NCBI GenBank assembly: GCA_963728665.1
Contig: CAVSLG010000006.1
Coordinates: 36,072 to 100,071 of the forward strand
Length of the DNA stretch: 64,000 nt
Reading direction: 5' to 3'
Source: an uncultured Actinomycetes bacterium
Lineage (GTDB): Bacteria; Actinomycetota; UBA4738; HRBIN12
Shown here piece by piece: positions 44,520 to 53,885 of the stretch. The first letter of the stretch is position 1; each line of letters starts with the position of its first letter. Made by a program: the position numbers and the translations under genes. The notes below the pieces were generated by a model. It worked only from the letters and a program-made list of their open reading frames with translations. It did not search any database and had not been told where the DNA came from.

Positions 44520-47500
44520 GTGCGTTACCTCGTGTTGGGACCGTTGGAGGTCGAGGCGACACCCGAACCCGTCGCCCTCGGCGGTCGCAAGCAGAAGCTC
44601 GTCCTCGCCCACCTGCTGCGCCGCCCCAACGGCTGGGTCTCGACCGAGACGCTGATCGACGACGTGTGGGGGGAAGAGCCCCCCGGCGCCGCGAAGGGCT
44701 CGTTGCAGTCGTACGTGTCGAACCTTCGCAAGGCTCTGGGCGCCGAATGCCTCGAGACCGGGGCCGGCGGCTATCGGCTCGTGGTAGGGCCCGGTGAGCT
44801 CGACGCCCTCGAATTCGAGCAGACCTCGGCCCGTGCGAACGCCGAGGTCGACGGCGACCCGCGGGAGGCGTCGGATCTGTTCCGGCGAGCGCTCGACCTG
44901 TGGCGTGGGTCGGCGTTCTCCGACCTCGCCGACGAACCGTCGCTCCTGGGCGAGATCGGGCGGCTCGAGGAGGAACGGCTCCAGGCGATCGAGGGCCGCA
45001 TCGACGCCGACCTCGCGCTCGGCGGCCACAGCGAGGTCGTCGCCGAGCTCGACGACCTCACCCGCCGGTGGCCGTTGCGGGAGCACCTCTGGGCGCAGCG
45101 GATGCTCGCCCTGTACCGCTCGGAACGACCGGCCGAGGCGCTCGCCGCCTACCGCGAGGCGCGGTCGATCCTCGTCGACGAGCTCGGTGTCGAGCCGGGC
45201 CGGCCGCTGCAGCGGCTGAACGAGCGCATCTTGCTGCAGGACCCCGAGCTCGACCTGCCGACCGCGTCGGACGAGCACGAGACGATCGAGCTCGACAACC
45301 CCTACAAGGGCCTGCGGCCGTTCCGTGAAGGCGATGAGCAGGACTTCCACGGACGCGAGGCGCTCACCGATCAGCTGGTCGCCACGCTCGACGACGATGC
45401 GCGGCTCGTTGCGCTCATCGGCCCGAGCGGGTCGGGCAAGTCGAGCGTCGTCTCCGCGGGGCTGATCCCCGCGGTGCGGAAGCGTCACGTCGGCGAGCGA
45501 TGGGAGATCGCATCGATGCGCCCGGGCGCCTATCCGTTCACGGAGTTCGACGCCGCGTTGGGACGCGTGTTCCCATCATCGACGTTGCACGCTGACGCGC
45601 AGCGAGACACCTGGCTACTGGACGCGGTGCTGCGCGTGCTGCCCGACGACGGCACCGGGCTGCTGCTGGTGATCGACCAGTTCGAAGAGCTGTTCACCCT
45701 CGTGGACGACGAGACTCGGAACCGGTTCCTCACGGGACTCGTGACCGCCGCGGAGGAGCCGGGCGATCGACTGCGGGTGCTCGTCGTGTTGCGCGCCGAC
45801 TTCTTCGACCGTCCGCTGGCCTACCCGATCTTCGGCCGGCTCATGACCGAGCACGTCGTGCACGTGCTGCCGCTCGGACCGAGTGAGCTCGAGGCCGCAG
45901 CGGCGAAGCCGGCGGAGCGGGTCGGCGTGACGTTCGAGCCGGGCCTGCTCGCCGAGCTGGTCGGCGACGTGAGCCGCCAGCCGAACGCGTTGCCGCTGTT
46001 CCAGTACGCGCTCACCGAGCTGTTCGACCGACGAGAGGGGGACGAGCTCACACTCGCTCGATACGAGGCGCTCGGTGGACTCCGGGGTGCGGTCGCGAGC
46101 CGGGCCGAGGACACGTTCGCACGGCTCGATCCCGAGCGGCAGGAAGCCGCCCGCCAGCTGTTCCTGCGTCTCGTGAGGGTCGGCGCCGGCACGGCCACCC
46201 GGCGGGTCGTACGCGCCGACGAGCTCGCGTCGCTCGACGTCGACCTCGTCACGATGCAGGACGCCGTGGAGGCGTTCGTCTCGAATCGACTGCTGGCGGT
46301 CGACCGCGACCCCGCGTCGGGAGCGGCCACCGTCGAGGTCGCGCACGAGGCCTTGTTGAGCGAGTGGCAACGCCTCGCGGAGTGGATCGAAGGCGGCCGG
46401 GCCGACCTGCGGCAACACCGGTCCTACGTCGGCGCCATGCGCGAGTGGATCGCGGCCGACCGCGACCCCGACTACCTCCTGACCGGCGGCCGGCTCGAGC
46501 GATTCGTGGCGTGGCGGACCGCGACGACGATGCGGCTCACCGAGGACGAGCGCAGATTCCTCGACGAGGCGGTTCTTCGGCGCGATGAGGCCTCGGCCGC
46601 GGAGGCCGAGCGCGCGGCTGCCGAGGCGCGCTTGCGCACCCGTGCTCGGCGCCGTTCGTTCGCGGTGGGCGTCGGGGCGGCCGCCATGATCGCAGCCGTC
46701 ATGGTCGGTGTCGTGCTCGCTGGCGGCGAGGACGAACTCCCCACGATCACGGAGCTGACCCTCGGGAACCGCCAGGACAACCAGGTGTTCGAGCTCGGCG
46801 AGCAAGGCATCAAGCGCGCGGAGCAGGAACTCGGGGTTGAAGTGACGCGGGCCGACGTCCTGCTGCCGCCCGAGACGGTCATCGCCGAGGCGGCCGCCGC
46901 CGAGACGGACCTGCTGATCCTCGACAACAACGCGAGCTTCGAGACCGGCGATCGACCGGGCCTGTTCGTGCCACCCACTCACTACGTCCTCACCCCGGTC
47001 GAGGTCCCGATCGACCGACCGAACGTGACGACCCTCGAGATCGCGTTCGAACAGAGCGGGTTCCTGGCGGGTGTGGCCGCGGCTTCCACCACCCGGAGTG
47101 GCGTGATCGGCTACGTCGGCGCATGGGAGGGAGACCCGGGCGAGCAGCCGGCGGTCTTCCAGCGGTTCCGGGCCGGGTACGAGGCAGGGGCGAAGTGGGT
47201 GGATCCAGACGTGCGGGTGCTGTCGGGCCTCATCTCCGACTTCACGCGGACGTTCGTGCAGTACTTCGACGCGCCGCAGGTCGCGAAGCGGATCGCCCGG
47301 GTCGAGTACGACATGGGCGCCGATGTCGTGTTCCACGCGGCCGGTGCCTCGGGGGCAGGCGTCTTCGAAGCCGCCGTGGAGGGGTCGACGGCCGACCGCC
47401 ACCTTTGGGCGATCGGGGTCGATACCGACCAATGGCAGCAAGCGAGCGAGGCGGAGCGCCGGCACGTCCTGACGTCGAGCTTGATCCGCTGGGACATCGT

Positions 47501-47717
47501 GCACTTCACGGTGATCCGCGACTTCGTCGAGGGAACGCTGGAGTCGGGAGCCCGCCGTCTCACGGTCGACGAGGGGATCATCACGTACTCACGCAGCGGC
47601 GACGGCCTCACCCCCGGCGCGATCGCGAACCTCGACCGCGCGATCGAGGAGATCGCGAGCGGCACGATCGACGTTCCCACGGAGCCGTCCGGAAAGCTGC
47701 TCTCACCGACCGAGTGA
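44520..47717 (+). CDS. SARP (OmpR-type wHTH + BTAD) - nSTAND-type NTPase - TM helix - BMP/PnrA-like periplasmic ligand-binding domain protein
   Basis: 1065 aa with a GTG start. MRYLVLGPLEV...GGRKQKLVLAHLL is the wHTH and LWAQRMLALYRSERPAEALAAYREARSILVDELGVEPG is the BTAD. NTPase motifs: NPYKGLRPFREGDEQDFHGRE, GPSGSGKSS (45420-46), LLLVIDQFEELF. The TM is FAVGVGAAAMIAAVMVGVVLAGG (about 46657-46725). BMP motifs: GYVGAWEG...FRAGYEAGAKWVDPDVRV...GADVVFHAAGASGAGV...AIGVDTDQW. Confidence 0.9.
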   Translation: MRYLVLGPLEVEATPEPVALGGRKQKLVLAHLLRRPNGWVSTETLIDDVWGEEPPGAAKGSLQSYVSNLRKALGAECLETGAGGYRLVVGPGELDALEFEQTSARANAEVDGDPREASDLFRRALDLWRGSAFSDLADEPSLLGEIGRLEEERLQAIEGRIDADLALGGHSEVVAELDDLTRRWPLREHLWAQRMLALYRSERPAEALAAYREARSILVDELGVEPGRPLQRLNERILLQDPELDLPTASDEHETIELDNPYKGLRPFREGDEQDFHGREALTDQLVATLDDDARLVALIGPSGSGKSSVVSAGLIPAVRKRHVGERWEIASMRPGAYPFTEFDAALGRVFPSSTLHADAQRDTWLLDAVLRVLPDDGTGLLLVIDQFEELFTLVDDETRNRFLTGLVTAAEEPGDRLRVLVVLRADFFDRPLAYPIFGRLMTEHVVHVLPLGPSELEAAAAKPAERVGVTFEPGLLAELVGDVSRQPNALPLFQYALTELFDRREGDELTLARYEALGGLRGAVASRAEDTFARLDPERQEAARQLFLRLVRVGAGTATRRVVRADELASLDVDLVTMQDAVEAFVSNRLLAVDRDPASGAATVEVAHEALLSEWQRLAEWIEGGRADLRQHRSYVGAMREWIAADRDPDYLLTGGRLERFVAWRTATTMRLTEDERRFLDEAVLRRDEASAAEAERAAAEARLRTRARRRSFAVGVGAAAMIAAVMVGVVLAGGEDELPTITELTLGNRQDNQVFELGEQGIKRAEQELGVEVTRADVLLPPETVIAEAAAAETDLLILDNNASFETGDRPGLFVPPTHYVLTPVEVPIDRPNVTTLEIAFEQSGFLAGVAAASTTRSGVIGYVGAWEGDPGEQPAVFQRFRAGYEAGAKWVDPDVRVLSGLISDFTRTFVQYFDAPQVAKRIARVEYDMGADVVFHAAGASGAGVFEAAVEGSTADRHLWAIGVDTDQWQQASEAERRHVLTSSLIRWDIVHFTVIRDFVEGTLESGARRLTVDEGIITYSRSGDGLTPGAIANLDRAIEEIASGTIDVPTEPSGKLLSPTE

Positions 47718-47777
47718 CGCAGACGAGGCCACGACAGCCGCGTCACCGATCCGCGTGTGGGCGGTATCGTCACACGG

Positions 47778-48230
47778 ATGACGGAGGCTCGGTCCTACAT
47801 CGAGGAGAATGCGCGCGCGCTCGAGCGCATGCGCTCCCTCGTCGAGGGACTGAGCGAGGACGAGCTGCGGCAGCCTGTCAACGAGTACTGGACCGTCGCC
47901 GGGGTGCTCGGGCACATCGCGTTCTGGGACGCGCGGATGCTCGCGCTCTCCGACAAGCTCGAGCGCGGCGTCCCGTTCACGGCCTCCGACGCCGAGCCGG
48001 AGGATGTCGACTGGATCAACGACGCCTCGCGGGCGTTGATCCACGCGGTGCCGCCGGCCGAGCTGGCGGGGCTCGCCTTGCGGATCGCCGAGGACACCGA
48101 CTCCCGCGTGTCTGCGCTTCCACTCGAGCGGATCTGGCCGCAGGACCCCGACAGCCCCCTCTACGCCGTGCGCGCGTCGCACCGCGGCGAACACCTGGAC
48201 GACATCGAAGCGGTGCTCGGCGGTTCCTGA
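47778..48230 (+). CDS. DinB-like / mycothiol-dependent-enzyme-like helical bundle protein
   Basis: WTVAGVLGHIAFWDARM and a C-terminal ASHRGEHLDDI. The start may be GTG 47757. Confidence 0.65.
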   Translation: MTEARSYIEENARALERMRSLVEGLSEDELRQPVNEYWTVAGVLGHIAFWDARMLALSDKLERGVPFTASDAEPEDVDWINDASRALIHAVPPAELAGLALRIAEDTDSRVSALPLERIWPQDPDSPLYAVRASHRGEHLDDIEAVLGGS

Positions 48231-48242
48231 CACGATGCGCAC

Positions 48243-48443
48243 TTGAAGACGATCGGGAACATCCTGTGGTTCGTGCTCGCTGGCATCTGGCTCGCGATCG
48301 GGTACGCGTTCGCCGGCCTCGTGTTGTGCATCACGATCATCGGCATCCCCTTCGGCGTGCAGTCGTTCAAGCTGAGCCTGCTCGCGCTCTGGCCCTTCGG
48401 TCAGACCGTCGTGCCGAGCGACGACCCTCAGAGATTCGCCTGA
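48243..48443 (+). CDS. YccF-domain membrane protein, single domain only
   Basis: 66 aa with a TTG start and no SD. IGNILWFVLAGIWLAIGYAFAGLVLCITIIGIPFGVQSFKLSLLALWPFG is one YccF repeat. As I recall, family members usually carry two. Confidence 0.6.
   Translation: MKTIGNILWFVLAGIWLAIGYAFAGLVLCITIIGIPFGVQSFKLSLLALWPFGQTVVPSDDPQRFA
48327..48401 (+). repeat. Short dispersed repeat, copy A (YccF core)
   Basis: About 88% nt identity by eye to 60296-60370. Confidence 0.6.
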
Positions 48444-48477
48444 TCCGGCTTCTGGGCCTGACGAGGAGGGAAACGCG

Positions 48478-49125
48478 ATGAGGAAGAAGGGATCCGGCAC
48501 CGTCACGCCGGCGCCGATCGAGGTCACGCCGTTCAGGGCGATCGAAGCCTCGCACCACTTCACCGTGTGGGTCGCGATCGGGTCCCCCGAGTCGGCGACG
48601 CTGCGCATCGACGACAACCTGCTCGATGCCGTCGACGTGGGTGTGCGCGACGGCACGCTGCACGTCGGACTGCGGCCGTTGACAGAGGTGACCCACGCGA
48701 CGCTCGAGGTCGACGTCACCGCGCCGACCCTCGATCGCGTGATGGCCTCCGGCGCCTCGCAGGTGCGGATCGAGGGCAGGAACGAGGCGGAGCGCGTCGA
48801 CCTCACGCTGTCCGGCTCGAGCGAGCTCACCGCCGATCTGGACGTCGGACGGGGGCACCTCGAGCTCTCGGGAACGTCGACGGCGACGCTCTCGGGCGCC
48901 GCCGGCACGCTCGAGGCCACCGTGAGCGGTGCGAGCCACCTGTACGCCGACGAGCTCTCGGTCGGCGACCTCACGATCGACGTGTCGGGGGCCTCGACCG
49001 CCGACGTCGCGGTCTCCGGTCGGCTGTCCGCGGGGGCGAGCGGGGCGTCGATGGTGCGCTACGCGGGGTCTCCCGACATCGAACGCTCCACGAGCTCGGG
49101 CGCGTCGAGCATCGGGCCGATGTGA
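48478..49125 (+). CDS. DUF2807-like (GIN-domain, putative adhesin head) beta-helix protein
   Basis: SD GAGGAGGG. Repeated strands of the GASxV / SGASxxxV type. 215 aa. Confidence 0.65.
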   Translation: MRKKGSGTVTPAPIEVTPFRAIEASHHFTVWVAIGSPESATLRIDDNLLDAVDVGVRDGTLHVGLRPLTEVTHATLEVDVTAPTLDRVMASGASQVRIEGRNEAERVDLTLSGSSELTADLDVGRGHLELSGTSTATLSGAAGTLEATVSGASHLYADELSVGDLTIDVSGASTADVAVSGRLSAGASGASMVRYAGSPDIERSTSSGASSIGPM

Positions 49126-49333
49126 GCTGCCGGCCAGGACGATCTCTGCACCGTGATCGAGACCCCGGGCCAACGGCACCTGGCACGGTGGGGTGCCGAG
49201 ATCATGGCCTTCAGCGAGGATGACGGCGTTACCGGGTTGCGATTTGACCGGTACTGCCGAGCCCGGGCAATCCTGGTCACCCGCACCGAAGAGGCTTGAT
49301 GTCGATGTCGAGTCAGGGGCCGAGGGTCGACCG

Positions 49334-51166
49334 GTGAACGCGAGCACCGATCTGGGCCGGCACGAGCTCTACCAAGCTGAGGAACTGCTGCCCTGCGACC
49401 TCGTCATGAAGGGCGGCATCACCAGCGGTGTCGTCTACCCGCTCGCCGTCTGCGAGATCGCGCAGCGGTTCCAGCTCAAGAACGTCGGCGGCAGCTCCGC
49501 GGGAGCGATCGCCGCGGCCGCGGCGGCCGCGGCAGAGGTCGGTCGCAGGGTGCCGAACGCAGGGTTCGCGAAGCTCGCCGCGCTCCCCGAGGAGATGGGC
49601 GCCCGGGTGCCCGGCACCGGCGAGTCGCGCCTGTCATCGTTGTTCCAACCCTCCGATGCGACGCGGGTTCCGATGGCCGTGCTGAAGGCTTTCCAGGGCG
49701 GCGTGGGGACCGGGCGTCGAGCTCGGACCGTCGTCTCGATCGTGGCGAAGGCGAGTCCGTGGCCGGTGGTGCTCGGCCTCCTCGTCGGCGCGATCGGGTT
49801 GGTGGCCGGCATCATCGCGGCGTCCCGCGTCGATCCGACGGTGCTCGAGGTCGCGACCGTCCTGCTCGGCGTGACCTGGCTCGCGGCGTCGGCCCTCGTC
49901 GGCCTGCTGATCGCCGCCGTGCTCACCGCGAGGCGCTCTCTCGCCGGGATCGTGTCGAACGACTTCGGGGTGTGTTCGGGAGCGGACGACCCGAAAGCAC
50001 CGGAACCCGGGCTCTCGTCGTGGCTCGCGGACCAGCTCGATCGGCTGGCCGGCAAGGAGCCATCCGCGGGCCCGCTCACGTTCGGCGACCTCCGCCAGGC
50101 GGGCGTTTCGCTCAAGGTCTTCACGACGAACCTGTCCGACGGCACGCCGTACACCGTGCCGTTCAAGAACCCCGACCGCATCCTCTTCGGGCCGGACGAG
50201 TTGCGCCGCTCCCTGCCCGCACGCGTCGTCGACTGGATGGTCGAGAAGGGAACGCCCGCTCGGGTTCTCGGGACGGACGCAGGTCTGTATCGGCTCCCGG
50301 CTCCCGACGACATCCCGGTCGTGTTCGCGACCCGCCTGAGCTTGAGCTTCCCCGTGCTCATCAGCGCGGTTCCGCTCCACGTGCGAGGGGGTCGCAGCGG
50401 CGAGCCGGTCAGGTCATGGTTCTCGGACGGAGGCATCACCAGCAACTTCCCGGTGCACTTCTTCGACAGTCCCTTCCCACGTTGGCCGACCTTCGGCATC
50501 ACCTTGGGACGATTCCGACAAGGTGAGGGCGCGAACACGTCCGAGCAGGGCATCTGGGCGCCGGCCGACAACGCGGGCGGATTCCAAGCGCCGGTACGTG
50601 ACATCACTCACCTGATCGGTTTCCTCTCGGCGATCGCGGACACGATGCAGAACTGGCTCGACGCCGCTCAGGTCAGGCAGCCGGGATACCGCGACCGTGT
50701 CGTGCTCGTGAAGCACACGGCGGACGAAGGTGGCATGAACCTGAACATGGAGGTCGAGACGATCGCGCAACTGGCCGGCCGGGGAGGAGCCGCGGGGAGG
50801 CTCCTGCGCGGGCGGTTCGGCCAGGCCCGACCCGAGCCACCCGGGCCATTGTCGTGGGAGAACCACCGATGGCTGCGGTACCGATCCACGATGGACATGC
50901 TCGAGGGCCTGACGCGACGCATGCCCACCGGTTGGTCGTGGCAGCCCGAACGCGGGGATCGGAGCAACCCCCAGCTCCTGCAGGCCGCCAAGGACGACGC
51001 GCCCGGCTACCGGTGGGCGAACGAATCCCAGCGGGTCCGTGCACAGGCGCTAACCGCGGACCTCCTCGACCTCGCGGAACGCTGGGACGCCGAGCCGGAC
51101 GACGACCGGCCCAGTCGTGAGGCGCCGCGTCCTCCGCCGATCCTCAGGGCGTACCCCGACTTCTGA
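49334..51166 (+). CDS. Patatin-like phospholipase with internal transmembrane insert and a C-terminal domain of unknown function
   Basis: GTG 49334 follows GAGGG. The oxyanion motif is MKGGITSGVVYP, the nucleophile is GGSSAGA (GxSxG) and the catalytic Asp is FSDGGITSNFP. Two to three hydrophobic helices (PWPVVLGLLVGAIGLVAGIIAA, VATVLLGVTWLAASALVGLLIAAVL) lie between the Ser and Asp motifs. Confidence 0.85.
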   Translation: MNASTDLGRHELYQAEELLPCDLVMKGGITSGVVYPLAVCEIAQRFQLKNVGGSSAGAIAAAAAAAAEVGRRVPNAGFAKLAALPEEMGARVPGTGESRLSSLFQPSDATRVPMAVLKAFQGGVGTGRRARTVVSIVAKASPWPVVLGLLVGAIGLVAGIIAASRVDPTVLEVATVLLGVTWLAASALVGLLIAAVLTARRSLAGIVSNDFGVCSGADDPKAPEPGLSSWLADQLDRLAGKEPSAGPLTFGDLRQAGVSLKVFTTNLSDGTPYTVPFKNPDRILFGPDELRRSLPARVVDWMVEKGTPARVLGTDAGLYRLPAPDDIPVVFATRLSLSFPVLISAVPLHVRGGRSGEPVRSWFSDGGITSNFPVHFFDSPFPRWPTFGITLGRFRQGEGANTSEQGIWAPADNAGGFQAPVRDITHLIGFLSAIADTMQNWLDAAQVRQPGYRDRVVLVKHTADEGGMNLNMEVETIAQLAGRGGAAGRLLRGRFGQARPEPPGPLSWENHRWLRYRSTMDMLEGLTRRMPTGWSWQPERGDRSNPQLLQAAKDDAPGYRWANESQRVRAQALTADLLDLAERWDAEPDDDRPSREAPRPPPILRAYPDF

Positions 51167-51199
51167 ACGTGCCCGTGGGTCACTCGTTAGGCTCCTCGC

Positions 51200-51678
51200 A
51201 TGATCGTGGTGCGGCTCGCCGAGCCCGATGACCTTCCATGGATACGCGACCTCCTCGATCGGCGGTGGGGCGGACAGGAACAGGTCGTGAACGGGCAGGT
51301 GTACCGTCCCGCGGACCTGCCTGGTTCCTCGCGATGATCGACGATGAGCGAGTCGGCTACGCGGCGCTCCGAGCCGTCGACGATACCGCCGAGATAGGGG
51401 TGATCGACGTCATCCTGCCTCGGGGCGGCGTCGGCACGAGGCTGGTCGAGGCACTGGAGACAGCGGCTCGCGCTCGAGGGCTCCGACGATTCCGCACCGT
51501 GACGACGAACGAGAACAGCGGAGCGCAGGCGTTCTACGCAGCCCTCGGGTTCGAGCTCGTCGAGGTGCGTGAAGGAGCCGTCACCAGGGGAAGACTCATC
51601 AAGCCGACGATCCCGCTCGCCGACGACGACGGCACGCCGATCACCGACGAGTGGGTCTACGAGCGGGCACTCGAATGA
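51200..51678 (+). pseudogene. GNAT family acetyltransferase with one frameshift
   Basis: MIVVRLAEPDDLPWIRDLLDRRWGGQEQVVNGQVYRPADLPG reads in frame 2. (W)FLAMIDDERVGYAALR...RGGVGTRLVEALETAARARG...NSGAQAFYAALGFE reads in frame 1. The shift is near 51318-51325. Confidence 0.7.
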
Positions 51679-51691
51679 CAGGGAGCGACCT

Positions 51692-52252
51692 ATGGCCGAG
51701 CTGATCTACTCGACGATCGCATCGCTCGACGGCTACGTCGCGGACGTGGACGGCAACTTCGATTGGGCCGTACCCGACGACGAGATGCACGCCTTCGTCA
51801 ACGACCTCGAGCGCCCCATCGGCACCTACCTCTACGGCCGCCGGATGTACGACGTCATGGTCGCGTGGGAGACCATGGACCTCGCCGACCAACCACGCTT
51901 CATCCGGGACTTCGCGGAGATCTGGCGGGCGGCCGACAAGATCGTGTACTCCACGACGCTTGGAACGATATCCAGCGCCCGGACGCGGTTCGAGCGATCC
52001 TTCGACCCGAGCGCGGTCCGGCAGATGAAGGCGTCGGCGGCCCGGAACATCAGCATCGGCGGCTCCGGCCTCGCGGCCCACGCCTTCACGGCCGGGTTGA
52101 TCGACGAGTGCCACCTTTTCGTCGCGCCCATCGTGGTGGGAGGCGGCACTCGGTCGCTTCCCGACGGCGTCCGAGTGCAACTCGAACTGGTGGACGAACA
52201 CCGTTTCGGCAACGGCACGGTGTATCTCCGCTACCGCATCATCGAACCCTGA
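51692..52252 (+). CDS. Dihydrofolate reductase family protein (RibD_C), paralog 4
   Basis: ELIYSTIASLDGYVAD and ISIGGSGLAAHAFTAGLIDECHLFVAPIVVGGG. Confidence 0.85.
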   Translation: MAELIYSTIASLDGYVADVDGNFDWAVPDDEMHAFVNDLERPIGTYLYGRRMYDVMVAWETMDLADQPRFIRDFAEIWRAADKIVYSTTLGTISSARTRFERSFDPSAVRQMKASAARNISIGGSGLAAHAFTAGLIDECHLFVAPIVVGGGTRSLPDGVRVQLELVDEHRFGNGTVYLRYRIIEP

Positions 52253-52378
52253 TCGACCGGCCCGCTCCTGAAGCCGTTCCTCGCGATGCTCGAGGTACCC
52301 ACCGGACCCTCGTCATGGGTGGATCCGTAGCCCCCCGCCGATGAACGGGCGATCGTCGACCCTGCGACCGGCCGCGAA

Positions 52379-52690
52379 CTACGACCCGAGCAGGATCCAG
52401 ACGACGACCGCTCCTCCCACGGCGGGCATCACGACGGCTCCCCAGGCCAACCACCTGGTGAGGCGATCGGTGAGGAAGCCCCAACGGCGAGTCGCCTCGG
52501 CGACGACGGCGAGCTTCGCGTCGCCGGGCAGGTCGGCCTTCTCGTATCGGAGGATCGCTTCGATGGCCAGATCGGGCAGCGCCGAGGCGTCGGGTGGCGG
52601 CGCCTCGAACTGGCGAGCCCTCCAGGCGGCCTCCTGATACTCGAGGGCCGCCATCTCGGCGTCGATCACGGACTGCAGGTCGGCGGGCAT
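52379..52690 (-). CDS. Hypothetical C-terminally membrane-anchored protein
   Basis: Strong SD GGGAGGAGG. 103 aa. The terminal helix is WLAWGAVVMPAVGGAVVVWILLG. Confidence 0.5.
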   Translation of the reverse strand: MPADLQSVIDAEMAALEYQEAAWRARQFEAPPPDASALPDLAIEAILRYEKADLPGDAKLAVVAEATRRWGFLTDRLTRWLAWGAVVMPAVGGAVVVWILLGS

Positions 52691-52807
52691 AACGGATCGC
52701 CTCCTCCCGGGATCGTCCCCGCGGACGTCCCCGCGGACGACATCGTCGCAGGGGATGCCTGATTCTCCGCTGAACTCGCGGAGATCCGGGGAGGTCAGGC
52801 AGATCGC

Positions 52808-53389
52808 TCAAGGCGGGGGTCGGCCGAGGCGGTAGGTGGCGGATACGAACTGCCCCTGGCGCTCGACGCTCACGAGCGTGAGGTCCGAGGCGAGCAGACG
52901 CCGAGGCAGCAGCGGCGCGCCGGCGCCGAGCGTGACCGGGGCGATGCTGAGCTGGATCTCGTCGAGGAGTCCCTCGTCGCCGAACCGCCCGACCAGCTCC
53001 CCGCCACCGACGAGCCAGATGTTCTTGCCGTCGGCGGCTTCGACCATCGCCCGGTGGATCGGTGCCACCTCTCCCTGCACGAACCGCAGATCGGCCCCAT
53101 GGATCGCCGGCAGCTCACGGTGCGAGAACACCCAGCACGGGGTGTCGCCGTAGTACGCGCGCCACTTCTCGGGGTGCTCCAGGAGCTGGTCGTGCCCGAG
53201 GACCCATTCGTACGTGGTCGATCCCATCGCCATCGCACCGACGTCGCGGAAGAAGCGAGCGAACCGATCCTCGTGCCCCTCATCGTCATCGTCGGCCGGC
53301 ACCTGGAAGAGCCAGTCGAGCGAGTCGTGCTCGTCGGCGATGAACCCATCGATGCTGGTCGCGGTGTAGAAGATGGTTGTGCCCATCAC
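52808..53389 (-). CDS. Dihydrofolate reductase family protein (RibD_C), paralog 5
   Basis: TIFYTATSIDGFIAD and NIWLVGGGELVGRFGDEGLLDEIQLSIAPVTLGAG. Confidence 0.85.
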   Translation of the reverse strand: MMGTTIFYTATSIDGFIADEHDSLDWLFQVPADDDDEGHEDRFARFFRDVGAMAMGSTTYEWVLGHDQLLEHPEKWRAYYGDTPCWVFSHRELPAIHGADLRFVQGEVAPIHRAMVEAADGKNIWLVGGGELVGRFGDEGLLDEIQLSIAPVTLGAGAPLLPRRLLASDLTLVSVERQGQFVSATYRLGRPPP

Positions 53390-53418
53390 CCCAAGCCTGG
53401 CACACCGAGGAGGCCACC

Positions 53419-53838
53419 ATGACGAACCCGGCGATCCCCATGCTTTCCTACGAGGACGTCGCCGCCGCCGTCGACTGGTTGACGAACGCGTTCGGCTTCA
53501 ACGAAGTGGGTGAGCGCTACACCGACGACCAAGGGCGAGTCACACACGCCGAGATCGAGCTCGAGGGAGCGTTGGTGTATCTGGGGTGGCCCGGCGAGGG
53601 GTACATGAGCCCCGAGCACCATGCGCAGGTGTGCGAGCACGCACGCCGGTGGTCAGAGGTGCCGTACGTCGTGAACGGGGTGCACATGACCGTCGACGAC
53701 GTCGACGCACACTGCGAACGCGCTCGTGCCGCGGGGGCCTCGATCCTGCGGGAACCGACGACCGAGGCATACGGACTCCTCTACAACGCCGCCGACCTCG
53801 AAGGGCATCGCTGGATGTTCATGCAGGCGGCGCCCTGA
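53419..53838 (+). CDS. VOC/glyoxalase family protein
   Basis: ATG 53419 follows GAGGAGG. VDWLTNAFGF...HAEIELEG...DLEGHRWMF. Confidence 0.8.
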   Translation: MTNPAIPMLSYEDVAAAVDWLTNAFGFNEVGERYTDDQGRVTHAEIELEGALVYLGWPGEGYMSPEHHAQVCEHARRWSEVPYVVNGVHMTVDDVDAHCERARAAGASILREPTTEAYGLLYNAADLEGHRWMFMQAAP

Positions 53839-53885
53839 GTCGATCGGGATTGACCGGCGTCGCGGACCGCGGCTAGCGTCCTCCC

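Noticed and set aside
45615-47504. 629-aa minus-strand ORF inside the SARP-STAND gene
   Set aside because: It is a shadow ORF antisense to a gene with clear wHTH, BTAD, P-loop and BMP motifs.
49334-51166. Canonical CBASS (CapV-like patatin effector)
   Set aside because: There is no CD-NTase, no Cap2/Cap3 and no SAVED or other nucleotide-sensing domain nearby. The class III cyclases in the window are not adjacent to it.
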